NCBI GenBank assembly: GCA_041483895.1
Contig: JBGPGO010000010.1
Location: forward strand, 1 to 64,000
Origin: Fimbriimonadia bacterium
GTDB taxonomy: Bacteria; Armatimonadota; Fimbriimonadia; Fimbriimonadales; JABRVX01
Direction: 5' to 3'
Length of the DNA stretch: 64,000 nt
The notes beneath the pieces were generated by a model. The model was not told the DNA's origin. It ran no database searches and saw only the letters and a list, made by a program, of their open reading frames with translations. Below, piece after piece: positions 18,822-28,888 of the stretch (position 1 is its first letter; every line of letters starts with the position of its first letter). Made by a program: the position numbers and the translations under genes.

Positions 18822-20137
18822 GCCGACACCTCCCGCAGGGCCTCGGCATACCTATCCATCTCCTCTTTCGTCCTCACCTCGGTCGCGCAGACCAAGAGGC
18901 AGTTGTCCATGCCCGAATAGTGCTCATCGAGCGGCAGTCCGGCCAGGATCCCTTTTTGCATCAACACATCCCGTATCGCGGCGGCAGGTTTCGGCAACTC
19001 GAGAACAAACTCAAACGCAAATTTCTCATCCGGATATTTCAATCGAAGGCCGGGGATATGAGTAAGACGATCCGCCAAGTAATGTGCGTTCCGGATACAG
19101 CCCTCGCTTACCTGCCGCAGGCCGGTCTTGCCGACGGCGGTCATGTACACCGTGGCCGCGAGGGCGATCAGCGCCTGGTTGGTGCAGATGTTGCTGGTGG
19201 CCTTTTCCCGCCGGATATCTTGCTCGCGCGTCCGAAGTGTCATCACAAATCCGCGCTTGCCGTCCATATCTTTGGTGATTCCCACAACGCGGCCCGGGAT
19301 TCGCCGCACGAATTTCTCTTTCACCGTGAACAGCCCGAGGCACGGCCCGCCAAATCCCATCGGGCTGCCGAGCGGCTGTCCCTCCCCAACCACAATGTCG
19401 ACACCATATTCGCCCGGCGGCTTCAACGCTCCCATGGCGATCGGGTCCGAACAGCTGATCGCCAGCGCTCCGGCATCGTGCGCGGCTTTCGTCCAGGCGC
19501 GCGCGTCCCGGATGATGCCGAAGAAATCGGGGTACTGGAACAGGAAGCACGCGGCGCCATCGAGCGACGGCGCCTCATCGGGACCGACCTCGACATAATC
19601 CAATCCGCCCGCCCAGCACATCGTCCTTACCACTTGGCGATAATGCGGATGGATGCCTTTGCTGGCGACCACCTTTTTCCGGTCCGTCGCCGCGTGCGCC
19701 AGAAACGCGGCCTCCGCCAGTGCCGTTGCCGCGTCGTACATGGAGGCGTTCGCCACATCCATCCCATAAATCGCGCAGATCATGGACTGGAATTCATAGA
19801 TCGTCTGCAGATAGCCCTGCGACAGCTCCGGTTGATAGGGGGTGTATGAGGTCAGGAATTCGCCCCGGCTGAGCGCCGTCCCGACGCTGGCGGGGATGTA
19901 ATGGTCGTAGGAACCCGCGCCCAAAAAGCAGGTGAGCTTCCCCGAATCCTCATTCAACGCTGCCAGCGAACCCAAATACCGATACAGCCCATATTCGTCC
20001 AGCGAATGCGGGATGTTGAGCGGCCGATCTAATTGGAATTCTGATGGAATATCCTGAAACAGTGTCTCTATCGAATCTGCGCCGATTGTGGCGAGCATCT
20101 CCGCACGGTCTTGCTCCGTGTGCGGGACGTAACCCAT
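18818..20137 (-). CDS. gcvPA: glycine dehydrogenase subunit 1
   Basis: MGYVPHT; YTPYQPELSQG; ANASMYD; TREQDIRREKATSNICTNQAL. Confidence 0.96.
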   Translation of the reverse strand: MGYVPHTEQDRAEMLATIGADSIETLFQDIPSEFQLDRPLNIPHSLDEYGLYRYLGSLAALNEDSGKLTCFLGAGSYDHYIPASVGTALSRGEFLTSYTPYQPELSQGYLQTIYEFQSMICAIYGMDVANASMYDAATALAEAAFLAHAATDRKKVVASKGIHPHYRQVVRTMCWAGGLDYVEVGPDEAPSLDGAACFLFQYPDFFGIIRDARAWTKAAHDAGALAISCSDPIAMGALKPPGEYGVDIVVGEGQPLGSPMGFGGPCLGLFTVKEKFVRRIPGRVVGITKDMDGKRGFVMTLRTREQDIRREKATSNICTNQALIALAATVYMTAVGKTGLRQVSEGCIRNAHYLADRLTHIPGLRLKYPDEKFAFEFVLELPKPAAAIRDVLMQKGILAGLPLDEHYSGMDNCLLVCATEVRTKEEMDRYAEALREVSA

Positions 20138-20141
20138 AAAC

Positions 20142-20525
20142 TTAGTGCTCCTGAGCTTGCTTTTCGTATGTCGCGGCGTCGAGCAGCGTCCCGGCCTCGT
20201 CCGGCTTGGACATCCGGATTTTGACCATCCACGCCTCGCCGTAGGGATCGCTGTTGACCACTTCGGCACGGGCGGAGAGGCTGTCGTTGGCGGCGATCAC
20301 CTCGCCAGAAATCGGGGCGTACAGGTCGCTGACGGTCTTGACCGACTCGACGGTGCCGAAGGTCTCTTCCTGTTGTAGGACGCGGCCTGCTTCCGGCAGC
20401 TCCACGTACACGATGTCGCCTAGCTCCGACTGGGCAAAATCGGTGATGCCGACAGTGGCCTCATCGCCGCTGATTCGCACCCACTCGTGGCTTTTCGTGT
20501 ATCGCAGTTCGCTCGGAACGTTCAT
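20142..20525 (-). CDS. gcvH: glycine cleavage system H protein
   Basis: YTKSHEWV, GITDFAQSELGDIVYVELP, lipoyl motif VESVKTVSD; GGAGG RBS. Confidence 0.96.
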   Translation of the reverse strand: MNVPSELRYTKSHEWVRISGDEATVGITDFAQSELGDIVYVELPEAGRVLQQEETFGTVESVKTVSDLYAPISGEVIAANDSLSARAEVVNSDPYGEAWMVKIRMSKPDEAGTLLDAATYEKQAQEH

Positions 20526-20675
20526 TGCGGCCCCTCCCAGGGATCGAAACCTTCGGTTACGATTATACCGTTGCGAACCCCCTTTAGCGGCGGGTCCGAA
20601 CGCCGGCCACCCTCCGATCGCCAATTCCTGGACACCCGCAGAAGAGAATTGCGACAACCTGGGTATAAATCGACC

Positions 20676-21818
20676 ATGGTTGCACTGATCCTCGCACTTG
20701 TCATAAGCTCCGCCGCGCCGCCGGAGGTCACTGTCGTCTTTCAGAAGCACTTTGCCGACCGGCCGCCAGAGATATACGTCCAGGACCAGCCGGACGGGAT
20801 TCCTCGACTCGTTCGAGCGATCCTGGGATATCATGTGGAATTCGGCGGGTTCTCCCCGGACACAAAACGCCTTATCGTCTTCGCAAGTCGGCCAACAGGC
20901 AAACCCCCTCGCCAGGATGTGATGAACCCGCCAAACAGATGGCGCGACCTCAGGTTGCTGGACTTGGATACCGGGAAGCTGTCGCGATTTGATGCGGAGG
21001 AGAGGAGCTACGGTACTGCCATATGGTCGCCGGACGGACGCTACCTTGCGACAAAGAGCGTCCCTTCGCCTGAAGATTGGGTCAATGAAGGGGCAGAGCC
21101 TCGAGTCGATGTCTGGGACCTGCGCACACATGCGCGTGTCGAGATCGTTCCCGGAGAACTCGATCCAGCCCAGATCAAGGCGGTTCGCGAATCTTGGATC
21201 ATGTGGTCGCCGAACAGCCGCTCCGTGTTCATTGGCGATCAGTTCAAACGATTTGCGGTTCCGGTCAACGGCGGCCGCCTCAAGCGCCTGTCGCTGGAAG
21301 GACCGCCCTACGTCAGCTTTGACAGCATGTATCCGCAAGCATTCACGCTATCGCCAGATGGCAAATATGTGGCGCTGAACCCTTCATGGTACCAGGCCTC
21401 GGGCGCCTTGCATGTCAAGAAGGTAGGTGGCAAAGAATTCACTATCAAACTCAACGAGTATCAGACTGACAACGTCATTTGGTCTGATGATTCACGAAAG
21501 GCTGCGCTGATCGCCTACACGACGACGGGCCTTTCGGACGAAGCTCCAATATATGATGAGGACGTTCGGCTCTACTCCGTTGATGTGGTAAAGCGCGCCC
21601 CGAAGACGCTGGCGAAGTACGTATTTGCGGCCGGAAATAACTCCAACGGATCCGTTCGCGTAGTCGGCTGGTCGCCTAACAGCGATTGGATCTATGTCGT
21701 GGAAGATGATGGCAAGGGCCGGCAAGATGTGGTTGCCTACCAGTGGGCGGGGAACGGGAAGAGAATGCTTGGGCAGTTTGAGACCGAGGACCCTCTGCAT
21801 GCGATCGCGCGGAGATAG
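20676..21818 (+). CDS. secreted TolB/WD40-like beta-propeller protein
   Basis: Hydrophobic N-terminus; repeated FSPD/WSPDG/WSPNS/LSPDG blade motifs. Confidence 0.75.
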   Translation: MVALILALVISSAAPPEVTVVFQKHFADRPPEIYVQDQPDGIPRLVRAILGYHVEFGGFSPDTKRLIVFASRPTGKPPRQDVMNPPNRWRDLRLLDLDTGKLSRFDAEERSYGTAIWSPDGRYLATKSVPSPEDWVNEGAEPRVDVWDLRTHARVEIVPGELDPAQIKAVRESWIMWSPNSRSVFIGDQFKRFAVPVNGGRLKRLSLEGPPYVSFDSMYPQAFTLSPDGKYVALNPSWYQASGALHVKKVGGKEFTIKLNEYQTDNVIWSDDSRKAALIAYTTTGLSDEAPIYDEDVRLYSVDVVKRAPKTLAKYVFAAGNNSNGSVRVVGWSPNSDWIYVVEDDGKGRQDVVAYQWAGNGKRMLGQFETEDPLHAIARR

Positions 21819-21854
21819 AGGTTTCCGGCAGAGTTTGCCGGATCGGAATTCAAG

Positions 21855-22080
21855 GTAGCCGCGGTTCCTCGTTCCAATATCGAATCGATCATTGACCCCA
21901 AGAACCGCGCTCGAGGGATGGAATTGGCAGTATCCCATTGTCGTGCCGATACCGCCGGGCTTGCGCAATTCTTGTGGTCGGCAATCGAAGGGGAGCCGGA
22001 TCGAGGAATTGCGGCTACAGGAATTACGCAATTCTTGTGGTCGGCAATCGAAGGGGAGCCGGACCGAGGAATTGCGGCTA
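21855..22080. repeat. long-loop GTAG REP-like cluster, family B (3 copies)
   Basis: gtagccgcggttcctcg...caagaaccgcg (21855-21909); two near-identical inverted tandem copies at 21964-22018 and 22027-22080; lies between convergent genes. Confidence 0.8.
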
Positions 22081-23316
22081 TTTTTGAAAATCATCCAATG
22101 AATAAAAGGTGTCCCGCCACCGCACGCCTCCCACGCGGGTGATGACCCATGCCGAGCGGAGGATGGTGAGGACGAGGAGGAACGCTCCGATGGGGTGCAG
22201 AAACACGGCGGGCCAGGTGACCTTGTACCTGCCCATCGACGAGGCGAACGGGAACAGCCAATAGGTGGCGATGGTGACCCCGGCGAGGAGCGGATGGACG
22301 GGCAGGAGCAGGTAGGGCGGGAAGGAGGCGAGGGCGATAACGCCGGCGGTGATCAGGGAAAGCGGCCAGGAAAATCGCATGGTGGCAAACGCGCTTTTTT
22401 CCAGCCCGCGCACAACCCCCATCGCGCTTTCCTGCCATCGGACCGTGACGAGGCCGTCCGGCGATGCTGCGCCGCGCGTGCCGCCCACCATTACAATCGC
22501 GCGACCCAACTTCACGTCGTCGGCCAACTCCATCCGGATCGCCTCGTGCCCGCCTGCTCTCTCATAGGCCGAGCGCTGGACCAGGTTGAACGCTCCAACT
22601 CCCGCGTCGTAAGGCTTGTTTAGGTCCTTTTGGCTATAGATGTGGGTGCCGATAAGAAAGAGCGTGGAGAAAAAGCTGACCAAGGCCTGCTCGGCGGGGG
22701 AGCCGGGGATCATGTCGGGCAGGATCAGCAGATGGTCGAGCCTTCGCTCTTCCGCCATCCTCACCGCCCTCCGCAGCGCATCCGGACCAAACTTCACATC
22801 AGCGTCGGTGAACAGGATCCACTCGCTCTCGCTCGCGTCCGCCCCCACCTGCATCGCATGGGTCTTTCCTAGCCAGCCGGTTGGCAACGATTCGTTATGA
22901 ATGATCAGCAGTCGCGACTCGGTCAGGAGACCGGTCGCATCGGCGGGGACCCCCTCCCCCGCTTGCCGGGGAGGGGTGGGGTGGGGGCGCTTAACGTTTG
23001 ATTGCGACTCGGTCGGGAGACCGGTCGCATCATTTGCAATCGTATCGAGAATCTCTCCCGTCCTGTCGGTGGAGCGGTCGTTGACGACGATGATCTGGAG
23101 GCCAGGGTAGTCCTGGACCATTAGGGAGCGCACAGAGGCCTCGATCTCGCGCTCCTCATCCCGCGCTGCGATGACGACCGCAAGCGACGGCCAATCTCCC
23201 GACGAGGTATCCACATCCCGCAGCCGCGGCATCCGCCGCATGCCGCTCCCGACGCGGACAACGACATAAAGATTCCACAAGAGAATGACAATGAGCAGGA
23301 CAACGCTAAGACTCAT
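22078..23316 (-). CDS. membrane glycosyltransferase family 2, with an in-frame repeat insertion
   Basis: VIAARDEE, VNDRSTDRT, WLGKTHAM, LFTDAD, ADDVKLG; TM segments at both ends. Confidence 0.88.
   Translation of the reverse strand: MSLSVVLLIVILLWNLYVVVRVGSGMRRMPRLRDVDTSSGDWPSLAVVIAARDEEREIEASVRSLMVQDYPGLQIIVVNDRSTDRTGEILDTIANDATGLPTESQSNVKRPHPTPPRQAGEGVPADATGLLTESRLLIIHNESLPTGWLGKTHAMQVGADASESEWILFTDADVKFGPDALRRAVRMAEERRLDHLLILPDMIPGSPAEQALVSFFSTLFLIGTHIYSQKDLNKPYDAGVGAFNLVQRSAYERAGGHEAIRMELADDVKLGRAIVMVGGTRGAASPDGLVTVRWQESAMGVVRGLEKSAFATMRFSWPLSLITAGVIALASFPPYLLLPVHPLLAGVTIATYWLFPFASSMGRYKVTWPAVFLHPIGAFLLVLTILRSAWVITRVGGVRWRDTFYSLDDFQK
22914..23031. repeat. REP-like composite inside the GT2 coding sequence
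   Basis: Palindrome gcgactcggtc(a/g)ggagaccggtcgcatc at 22914-22941 and 23004-23031 (90-bp period) flanking a family C ccctccccc...gggagggg element. Confidence 0.75.
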
Positions 23317-23347
23317 GCGTTAACTTTATTGGCACCGGGCAGAACGA

Positions 23348-24796
23348 TTATTCATCTGGGCAGCCAAACCCGATGCCGAGAAGCAGGCCACCGGCGGGAG
23401 GGCTGGTCGATTCCGATGGTTTGACTTTGGCGTCTTCCAACATCTTGTCCAACGCGGCGCGGTTGTAAACCTTGCCGCCCTGGATCACCGCCGCGATCTT
23501 GGTCGTGTTATGGATGTCCTTCAATGGGTCGGCATCCAGCAGTATCATGTCGGCCAGCTTGCCCTTTTCAATCGTCCCGATCTCCTTCTCCCGCCGCATG
23601 CACATGGCCGCGTTGTTGGTCGCCGCTTGCAGGGCCTCCATCGGCGTCAGGCCGCCTTCCACCAGCAGCGCCAATTCATCGTGCAGACTGAAGCCGGGAT
23701 AGACATAGGGATTGCCGACATCGGTCCCGGCGATAAACTGGTTTCCGGCGCGATGCATCTTCCCGACCATGCTCTTCTTGAATTCATATTGCGTCTTGGC
23801 CAATTTATTGCCGGCTTCCGTGCGATTCTTGAAACGGAAATCTTTCTTCGGGTCCCACATCGCAATCATCCACTTTGGCATATATGCAAGGCGCGGATCG
23901 GTCTTGAGAACCGGGTCCAAGAGATCGCATGTGGCTCGCAGCACGATCAGCGTCGGGCACTCGTAGGTGCCATGCTTGGCGAGGTCTGCGATCAGTACTT
24001 GGGCCTTTTTCTCATCATACGAATTGCTCTTCAGCGCGCTTGTGTCGACCGTCGGAATCTTCCCCGTCCGCATCACATCCACGTATGCAGACATCGCCTT
24101 CAAAATCTCTTGCTCTTGCGACGAGCATCCGGGAATGATCCCTTCCATGTGCTCGATGGAGCGCTGGCCGGCATTTGTCGCCTCTTCCGCCGTTACGCTA
24201 TAGGGTACGTGGCCGAACACGGGGAGGTCCAGCTTCTTCGCCTCTTCTGCCAAGGCGAAATAGGCGTCGCGGGGGAGCAGGGAATAGGGCTTCATGAACT
24301 CCGCCCCCTGCTTCGCCGCTTTGTCTACGGCGGCCCTCGCTTCTTCCGCATTGCCGACCGCCATCGAGCCGGGCCAGATCGGTTTCGGGCCGTCTATAAT
24401 GGGGCTGCCGATGCACATGTGCGGCCCGATGAGCTTGCCCGCGTCAATCTTCTTTTGCATCGTGTGGAACAGAGGGCCGCCGGACATGATGCGCACGCCG
24501 GTCACGCCGTTTGCAGTGAATAATGAAAGGCGATCCTCGCCATACCAGTGCACGTGCATGTCCCACAGTCCGGGGATCAGAAACTTGCCTTTGCCATCGA
24601 TTACTTCAGTGCCGATGGGGAGCTTGATCGAAGAGCCGATGGCGGCAATTCGATCGTGCTCGATCAGAACCGTCTGGTCCGCCTTCGGCTTCGAGCCGGT
24701 ACAGTCGATCACTGTGACGTGAGTGATTGCGACAGGTGGCTGTGCCGGCATCGCGGCGGCCCAGAACGAAAGAAGAACGAACAGCAAGGTTCCCAT
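23348..24796 (-). CDS. secreted amidohydrolase family protein
   Basis: PGLWDMHVH, GHVP, SIEH, AGTD, GTIEKGKLADMILLDADPL; signal peptide. Confidence 0.9.
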   Translation of the reverse strand: MGTLLFVLLSFWAAAMPAQPPVAITHVTVIDCTGSKPKADQTVLIEHDRIAAIGSSIKLPIGTEVIDGKGKFLIPGLWDMHVHWYGEDRLSLFTANGVTGVRIMSGGPLFHTMQKKIDAGKLIGPHMCIGSPIIDGPKPIWPGSMAVGNAEEARAAVDKAAKQGAEFMKPYSLLPRDAYFALAEEAKKLDLPVFGHVPYSVTAEEATNAGQRSIEHMEGIIPGCSSQEQEILKAMSAYVDVMRTGKIPTVDTSALKSNSYDEKKAQVLIADLAKHGTYECPTLIVLRATCDLLDPVLKTDPRLAYMPKWMIAMWDPKKDFRFKNRTEAGNKLAKTQYEFKKSMVGKMHRAGNQFIAGTDVGNPYVYPGFSLHDELALLVEGGLTPMEALQAATNNAAMCMRREKEIGTIEKGKLADMILLDADPLKDIHNTTKIAAVIQGGKVYNRAALDKMLEDAKVKPSESTSPPAGGLLLGIGFGCPDE

Positions 24797-24850
24797 GATT
24801 TGGCAGTTTGGCACAAATCTTCCGCTTCGGCTGTGAGATACTTCGGGTTG

Positions 24851-25690
24851 ATGAATGTTGTATTGGCGCACCAACAGGCGAAATCGCTGCTCGCCGCTCG
24901 AGCAGAAGGCCGATCCCTCGCCGAGGTTTCCCCCGACCTCGGTCTTTCAATCGCCGAGTGGCATGTCGGTCCAGATGGATTCGCGATCGGCGATTTGACA
25001 CTGTCATTGGCCGAAGCGCAGGAGATTGCTGAATCGGAACGCAAATGTTTCTCATTAGGGCGCGATGGGCTCCGGGAGATTCGTGTCCTATCCCAGCTGA
25101 CTGGTTGGTTGCGGAGCTTGGCGCCAACGGACGGCGCGCCGACGATGCTCGTCTCGGGCATCCCCATGCACCGCATCAAAGACATCGAACCGCATGCCGA
25201 CACGCTGTCCAAAATTCGAACCTTGCAGCCGGTTCGCGGGCGGGTATTGGATACCGCCACCGGTCTGGGCTACACGGCGATTGAACTGGCGAAAACGGCG
25301 ACGGAAGTTGTCACGATCGAATTGGACCCGGCTGCCATCGAAATCGCGCGCCAGAATCCGTGGTCGGATGGCTTGTTTGACAATCCGAAAATCAAACAGA
25401 TGATCGGAGATGCTTCGGAGATTGTTGCGGATTTTCCCGACAATCACTTTTCCGCCATATTGCACGATCCGCCGACGATCTCCCTCGGCGGCGAACTCTA
25501 CTCCGGCGCTTTCTACAAGCAGCTTTCTCGAATCTTGAAAAAAGGCGGCAAGCTGTTCCACTACGTCGGCGATCCGTCCAGCGGTCTTGGCGCTCGGACG
25601 ACGCAAGGGGTGATCAGGCGGCTCATGGAATCCGGTTTTCGCAAAACGATCCGGCATCCGGAAGCCTATGGCATTCTGGCGGTCAAGTAG
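24851..25690 (+). CDS. class I SAM-dependent methyltransferase (resembles the COG2521 archaeal-type family)
   Basis: SGIPMHRIK, VLDTATGLGYTAI, ILHDPP, GELYSGAFY, HYVGDP. Confidence 0.8.
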   Translation: MNVVLAHQQAKSLLAARAEGRSLAEVSPDLGLSIAEWHVGPDGFAIGDLTLSLAEAQEIAESERKCFSLGRDGLREIRVLSQLTGWLRSLAPTDGAPTMLVSGIPMHRIKDIEPHADTLSKIRTLQPVRGRVLDTATGLGYTAIELAKTATEVVTIELDPAAIEIARQNPWSDGLFDNPKIKQMIGDASEIVADFPDNHFSAILHDPPTISLGGELYSGAFYKQLSRILKKGGKLFHYVGDPSSGLGARTTQGVIRRLMESGFRKTIRHPEAYGILAVK

Positions 25691-25708
25691 TTGCGCGCCT
25701 ACTGCTTG

Positions 25709-26608
25709 TCATTGCATGTTAGATTCCTCGTCATTGGGTGCAATGCGAAGCAGCTCGTTGGGATCTTGCGCCGGCTCGGCAGCGCGCCGAAGCAGCTGCC
25801 TGTCTGAATCGGATTCACGAAGATTCTGGCTAAGATGCTCCAGAGCGGCCCGGGCGGCGTCTCGGACCTCCGCCGTGGTCAGCAATGAATTCACGCTGCC
25901 ATTGAAAATCGATGTAAGTACTTGCCTTGCCGGCTGGTACGACGTCATTCCGACCGCTCGGATAAGATTGAAGACGATCGGCGTCGGTTTCAATCGACCT
26001 AGAGCAAGCGCATAGTGGCTGAGTCCTGCCGCTAGGCCTCGCTGCTCCATCTCCGTGAATTTGCGGACCATTTCCGGGGTCGTTCTCGGCAACAATTCAT
26101 TTAACTTTTGCTCTGCGATTGCCCAAGTGTCCGGAAACCGCAGACAGTAAGTGATTAGGCCGACTAGCTCCGGGTCGTCGGATCGTTTCAATAGATCGAG
26201 AATTTTTGGTCGGACATGTTTCTCCCAAGTGCCGAATCGGCGAAGAAGAACAAGATGGCCCAGAAGCGCAGGTTGCGAAATGCTGTCAATCGCCTTGATA
26301 AGAGATTCATGATCGAATCGATAGGTTGCCCTTTGGAAAACGATCTTTCCTACCGCCGACCCGGTAATTGCCAGAAGCAGCAATGATACAGGAAACCATA
26401 GAGGGTTCCATAGAATTGCGAGAGCAGTTCCGGCAATCAGCGCGACAATAACGACGGGCCACTGTGACGAACTTTGCCTCCGCGTCCAAGCGTACCCCGT
26501 TTGGCTTGCAACCATTACCTTCCCCGCAAGCTCCGCCTCGTCGTCCAAGGGTAGGTGCGTCACAGGTTCGCGAATGGGTGGCCAAAAGATATTGTTGGAG
26601 CTAATCAC
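25709..26608 (-). CDS. hypothetical membrane protein with helical (HEAT-like) C-terminal part
   Basis: Two TM segments then helical repeats ending LLRRA...ELLR; start uncertain. Confidence 0.6.
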   Translation of the reverse strand: MISSNNIFWPPIREPVTHLPLDDEAELAGKVMVASQTGYAWTRRQSSSQWPVVIVALIAGTALAILWNPLWFPVSLLLLAITGSAVGKIVFQRATYRFDHESLIKAIDSISQPALLGHLVLLRRFGTWEKHVRPKILDLLKRSDDPELVGLITYCLRFPDTWAIAEQKLNELLPRTTPEMVRKFTEMEQRGLAAGLSHYALALGRLKPTPIVFNLIRAVGMTSYQPARQVLTSIFNGSVNSLLTTAEVRDAARAALEHLSQNLRESDSDRQLLRRAAEPAQDPNELLRIAPNDEESNMQ

Positions 26609-26635
26609 GCCATCCCGCTCGCCGACAGGACCACT

Positions 26636-27598
26636 CTACAGCTCCTTACCGCCCGACGCGACATTCTCTTTCGTGTAAATCCGCGTCCCCAGCACCAGCT
26701 TCTTCGGCGGCATCTCTTTCTTTTCCAAAATCTTCATCACCCAATCCACGCCCTCTTTCGCGCCGGTCGGGTACTCAAACGTCGCGTCCAGAATGCCGTC
26801 CTTCACATATTGAATCCCCTCGTTCGGATTCGCGTCGATGCCGATGAACTTCATCTCTTTTTCGCGGTTCTTCTGCTTGGCAGCCATGTAGGCGCCATGC
26901 GCGGCCGGGTCGTTGTGGCCATAGACGGCGTCGATATGATCGAAGCGTGAAAGCGCCGAGTTCATCTCCGTCTGCGCGCGGTTCTCCAGCCAGTCGCAGG
27001 CTGGGTCAAAAATAATCTCGATCTGCGAACCCTTGATGCCTTGCATGAACCCATCGTGCCGGTCGTGAGCTGGAACACTGGATAACAGTCCCTTCAGCTC
27101 GACGATCTTTCCTTTGCCCCCCAGCAGCTTGACCATCTCCTCGCCCGCCGCCTTGCCGATTTTCACGTTGTCGCCACCGATGAACATCGTAAACTGATCG
27201 CCATTGACGGCACGATCCAAAACGATGACCGGGATACCCTTCTTGAACGCCTCCGCGACCGGCTTGGTGAGCGGCTCGGTCTCTTTGGGACTGATGATGA
27301 TCGCGTCCACACCCATCTGCATGAATTCATGCATCTGGTTTTGTTGCGTCGTGCTGCTGTTCGCCGCGTCCTTGTAGACGATCTCCAAATTCGGATACTT
27401 CTTGGCGGCCTCTGCCATTTCGGCGTTCATCCGCTGCCGCCACGGTTCGCCGAGATTGCATTGGGACATGCCTACGACGATCTTCTTTCCGGCGCCTTCC
27501 CCCTTTGGCGTCTCGCCCTCCGTGGTTTTCTTCTCTCCACCGCCGCAGCCCGCCAACAGGGCCAGGATCGCAACATAAAGTACTGCTCGAAGCTTCAT
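26636..27598 (-). CDS. sugar ABC transporter substrate-binding lipoprotein (RbsB-like)
   Basis: Lipobox LLAGC; GIPVIVLDR, GGDNVKIG, VYGHND, IGIDA. Confidence 0.92.
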   Translation of the reverse strand: MKLRAVLYVAILALLAGCGGGEKKTTEGETPKGEGAGKKIVVGMSQCNLGEPWRQRMNAEMAEAAKKYPNLEIVYKDAANSSTTQQNQMHEFMQMGVDAIIISPKETEPLTKPVAEAFKKGIPVIVLDRAVNGDQFTMFIGGDNVKIGKAAGEEMVKLLGGKGKIVELKGLLSSVPAHDRHDGFMQGIKGSQIEIIFDPACDWLENRAQTEMNSALSRFDHIDAVYGHNDPAAHGAYMAAKQKNREKEMKFIGIDANPNEGIQYVKDGILDATFEYPTGAKEGVDWVMKILEKKEMPPKKLVLGTRIYTKENVASGGKEL

Positions 27599-27601
27599 TC
27601 G

Positions 27602-28621
27602 TTAATTCCCTCGTTTCCTCGATTGCTGGATGAGCACTGCCACCACAATGATTGCGCCTTTCGCCAACAGCCGGTAGGCATCCTGCACATTGTTTAGGCT
27701 CAGGATTTTATTGATGTAGGCGATGATCAGCACCCCCAAAAACGTGAAGATCATACCGCCCCGGCCGCCCATGAGCGAGGTTCCGCCGATCACCACCGCG
27801 GCGATGGCGTCCAATTCCGCCGTGAAGCCGGATTCGGCCGGGTCGCCGAGCCCAAGGCGGGCGGCGTTCGCGATCCCGGCCAGCCCGGCCGTCACGCCAC
27901 ACAAAAGGTAGGCGACGGTCTTGGTCAGCGACACATTGATGCCGGACAGCCGCGATGCCTGCTCGTTTCCGCCGACCGCGTAGAGCGTCCTGCCGTAGAC
28001 GGAGTACTTGACAAGCAAATAAAAGACGGCGACCGTGATTAGAAAAGCGAGCGTGATCGGCTGAAGGCCCACGATAAGCGGTTGGGTCATCCAGTCGAAA
28101 ATTGGCGGCTGCCCGGACTGGAGGTGATACCAAGGCTGCCCCGCCGCCTGAACCTTGATGCCGCCGGATATGACTTTCGCCAATCCCCGCGCGGCCACCA
28201 TCATGCTGAGAGTCGCCACAAACGGCTGCATGCGCAAGGTGGTGATCAGGATGGCGTTGACGAGGCCCGCCGCTGCCGCCGCTCCGATGGTCGCCAGGAT
28301 GGCCGCCCCGGCGCCCCATCCGTATCCGATAGTGAGAAGCGAGAACAGGGTGGCGGAAAAGCCAAGGACGGAGCCGACCGACAGGTCGATACCGGCGGTC
28401 AAGATCACCAGGGTCATGCCGCACGCCAGCAGGCCGATTTCGGCATATTCGAACAGGATGTCGAGCTGAGTCTCCGGTTGCAGGAAGATGGAATGGCCAG
28501 TCTGCAGGGATTTTGGGCTGAAGATGATGCCGATGAGGATGACGAACAGCAGGGCGATGACGCCGCGGGAGCTATTCAAAAACTCCCTGAGCCATTTACG
28601 CCTGTCTGAACCTTCTCCCAC
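27602..28621 (-). CDS. sugar ABC transporter permease (RbsC-like)
   Basis: GIDLSVGS, PFVATL, GRTLYAVGGNEQASRLSGI, ELDAIAAVVIGGTSLMGG. Confidence 0.92.
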   Translation of the reverse strand: MGEGSDRRKWLREFLNSSRGVIALLFVILIGIIFSPKSLQTGHSIFLQPETQLDILFEYAEIGLLACGMTLVILTAGIDLSVGSVLGFSATLFSLLTIGYGWGAGAAILATIGAAAAAGLVNAILITTLRMQPFVATLSMMVAARGLAKVISGGIKVQAAGQPWYHLQSGQPPIFDWMTQPLIVGLQPITLAFLITVAVFYLLVKYSVYGRTLYAVGGNEQASRLSGINVSLTKTVAYLLCGVTAGLAGIANAARLGLGDPAESGFTAELDAIAAVVIGGTSLMGGRGGMIFTFLGVLIIAYINKILSLNNVQDAYRLLAKGAIIVVAVLIQQSRKRGN

Positions 28622-28666
28622 GAAGAAGATTGGTTCGGGGTGAGGGCCCGCCGGTCCTGCACATTC

Positions 28667-28888
28667 CTACCGCTCGAATACTTCCCGTGACAGGCCAGAC
28701 TGTCGTATGATTGACCGGAGCGTGCCCAAGCGTAGCTCCTTATGATCTGGTACTGGGACCGTTATCGTTGTCGAAGCCGTCCGCTTTTGCATGATGACAT
28801 GGCTTCCTCTTTGTCGTACCTTCTGGAACCCGTGCCGTTTGAGAATTGCGCAAACCTCTTTCCCAGAGACAACCTGCAGTTCACCCAA
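28667..28888 (-). CDS. hicA: HicA-family toxin
   Basis: SGKEVCAILKRHGF..VRQRGSHVIM...VPDHKEL..GTLRSIIRQSG. Confidence 0.9.
   Translation of the reverse strand: MGELQVVSGKEVCAILKRHGFQKVRQRGSHVIMQKRTASTTITVPVPDHKELRLGTLRSIIRQSGLSREVFER

Noticed and set aside
20526..20675. Glycine riboswitch upstream of gcvH
   Set aside because: No tandem aptamer motifs; a TATAAT lies about 35 nt before the ATG, leaving no room.
20526..21338. N-terminally extended 398-aa GcvH
   Set aside because: The extension is antisense to the beta-propeller gene; GcvH similarity and an RBS begin at 20525.
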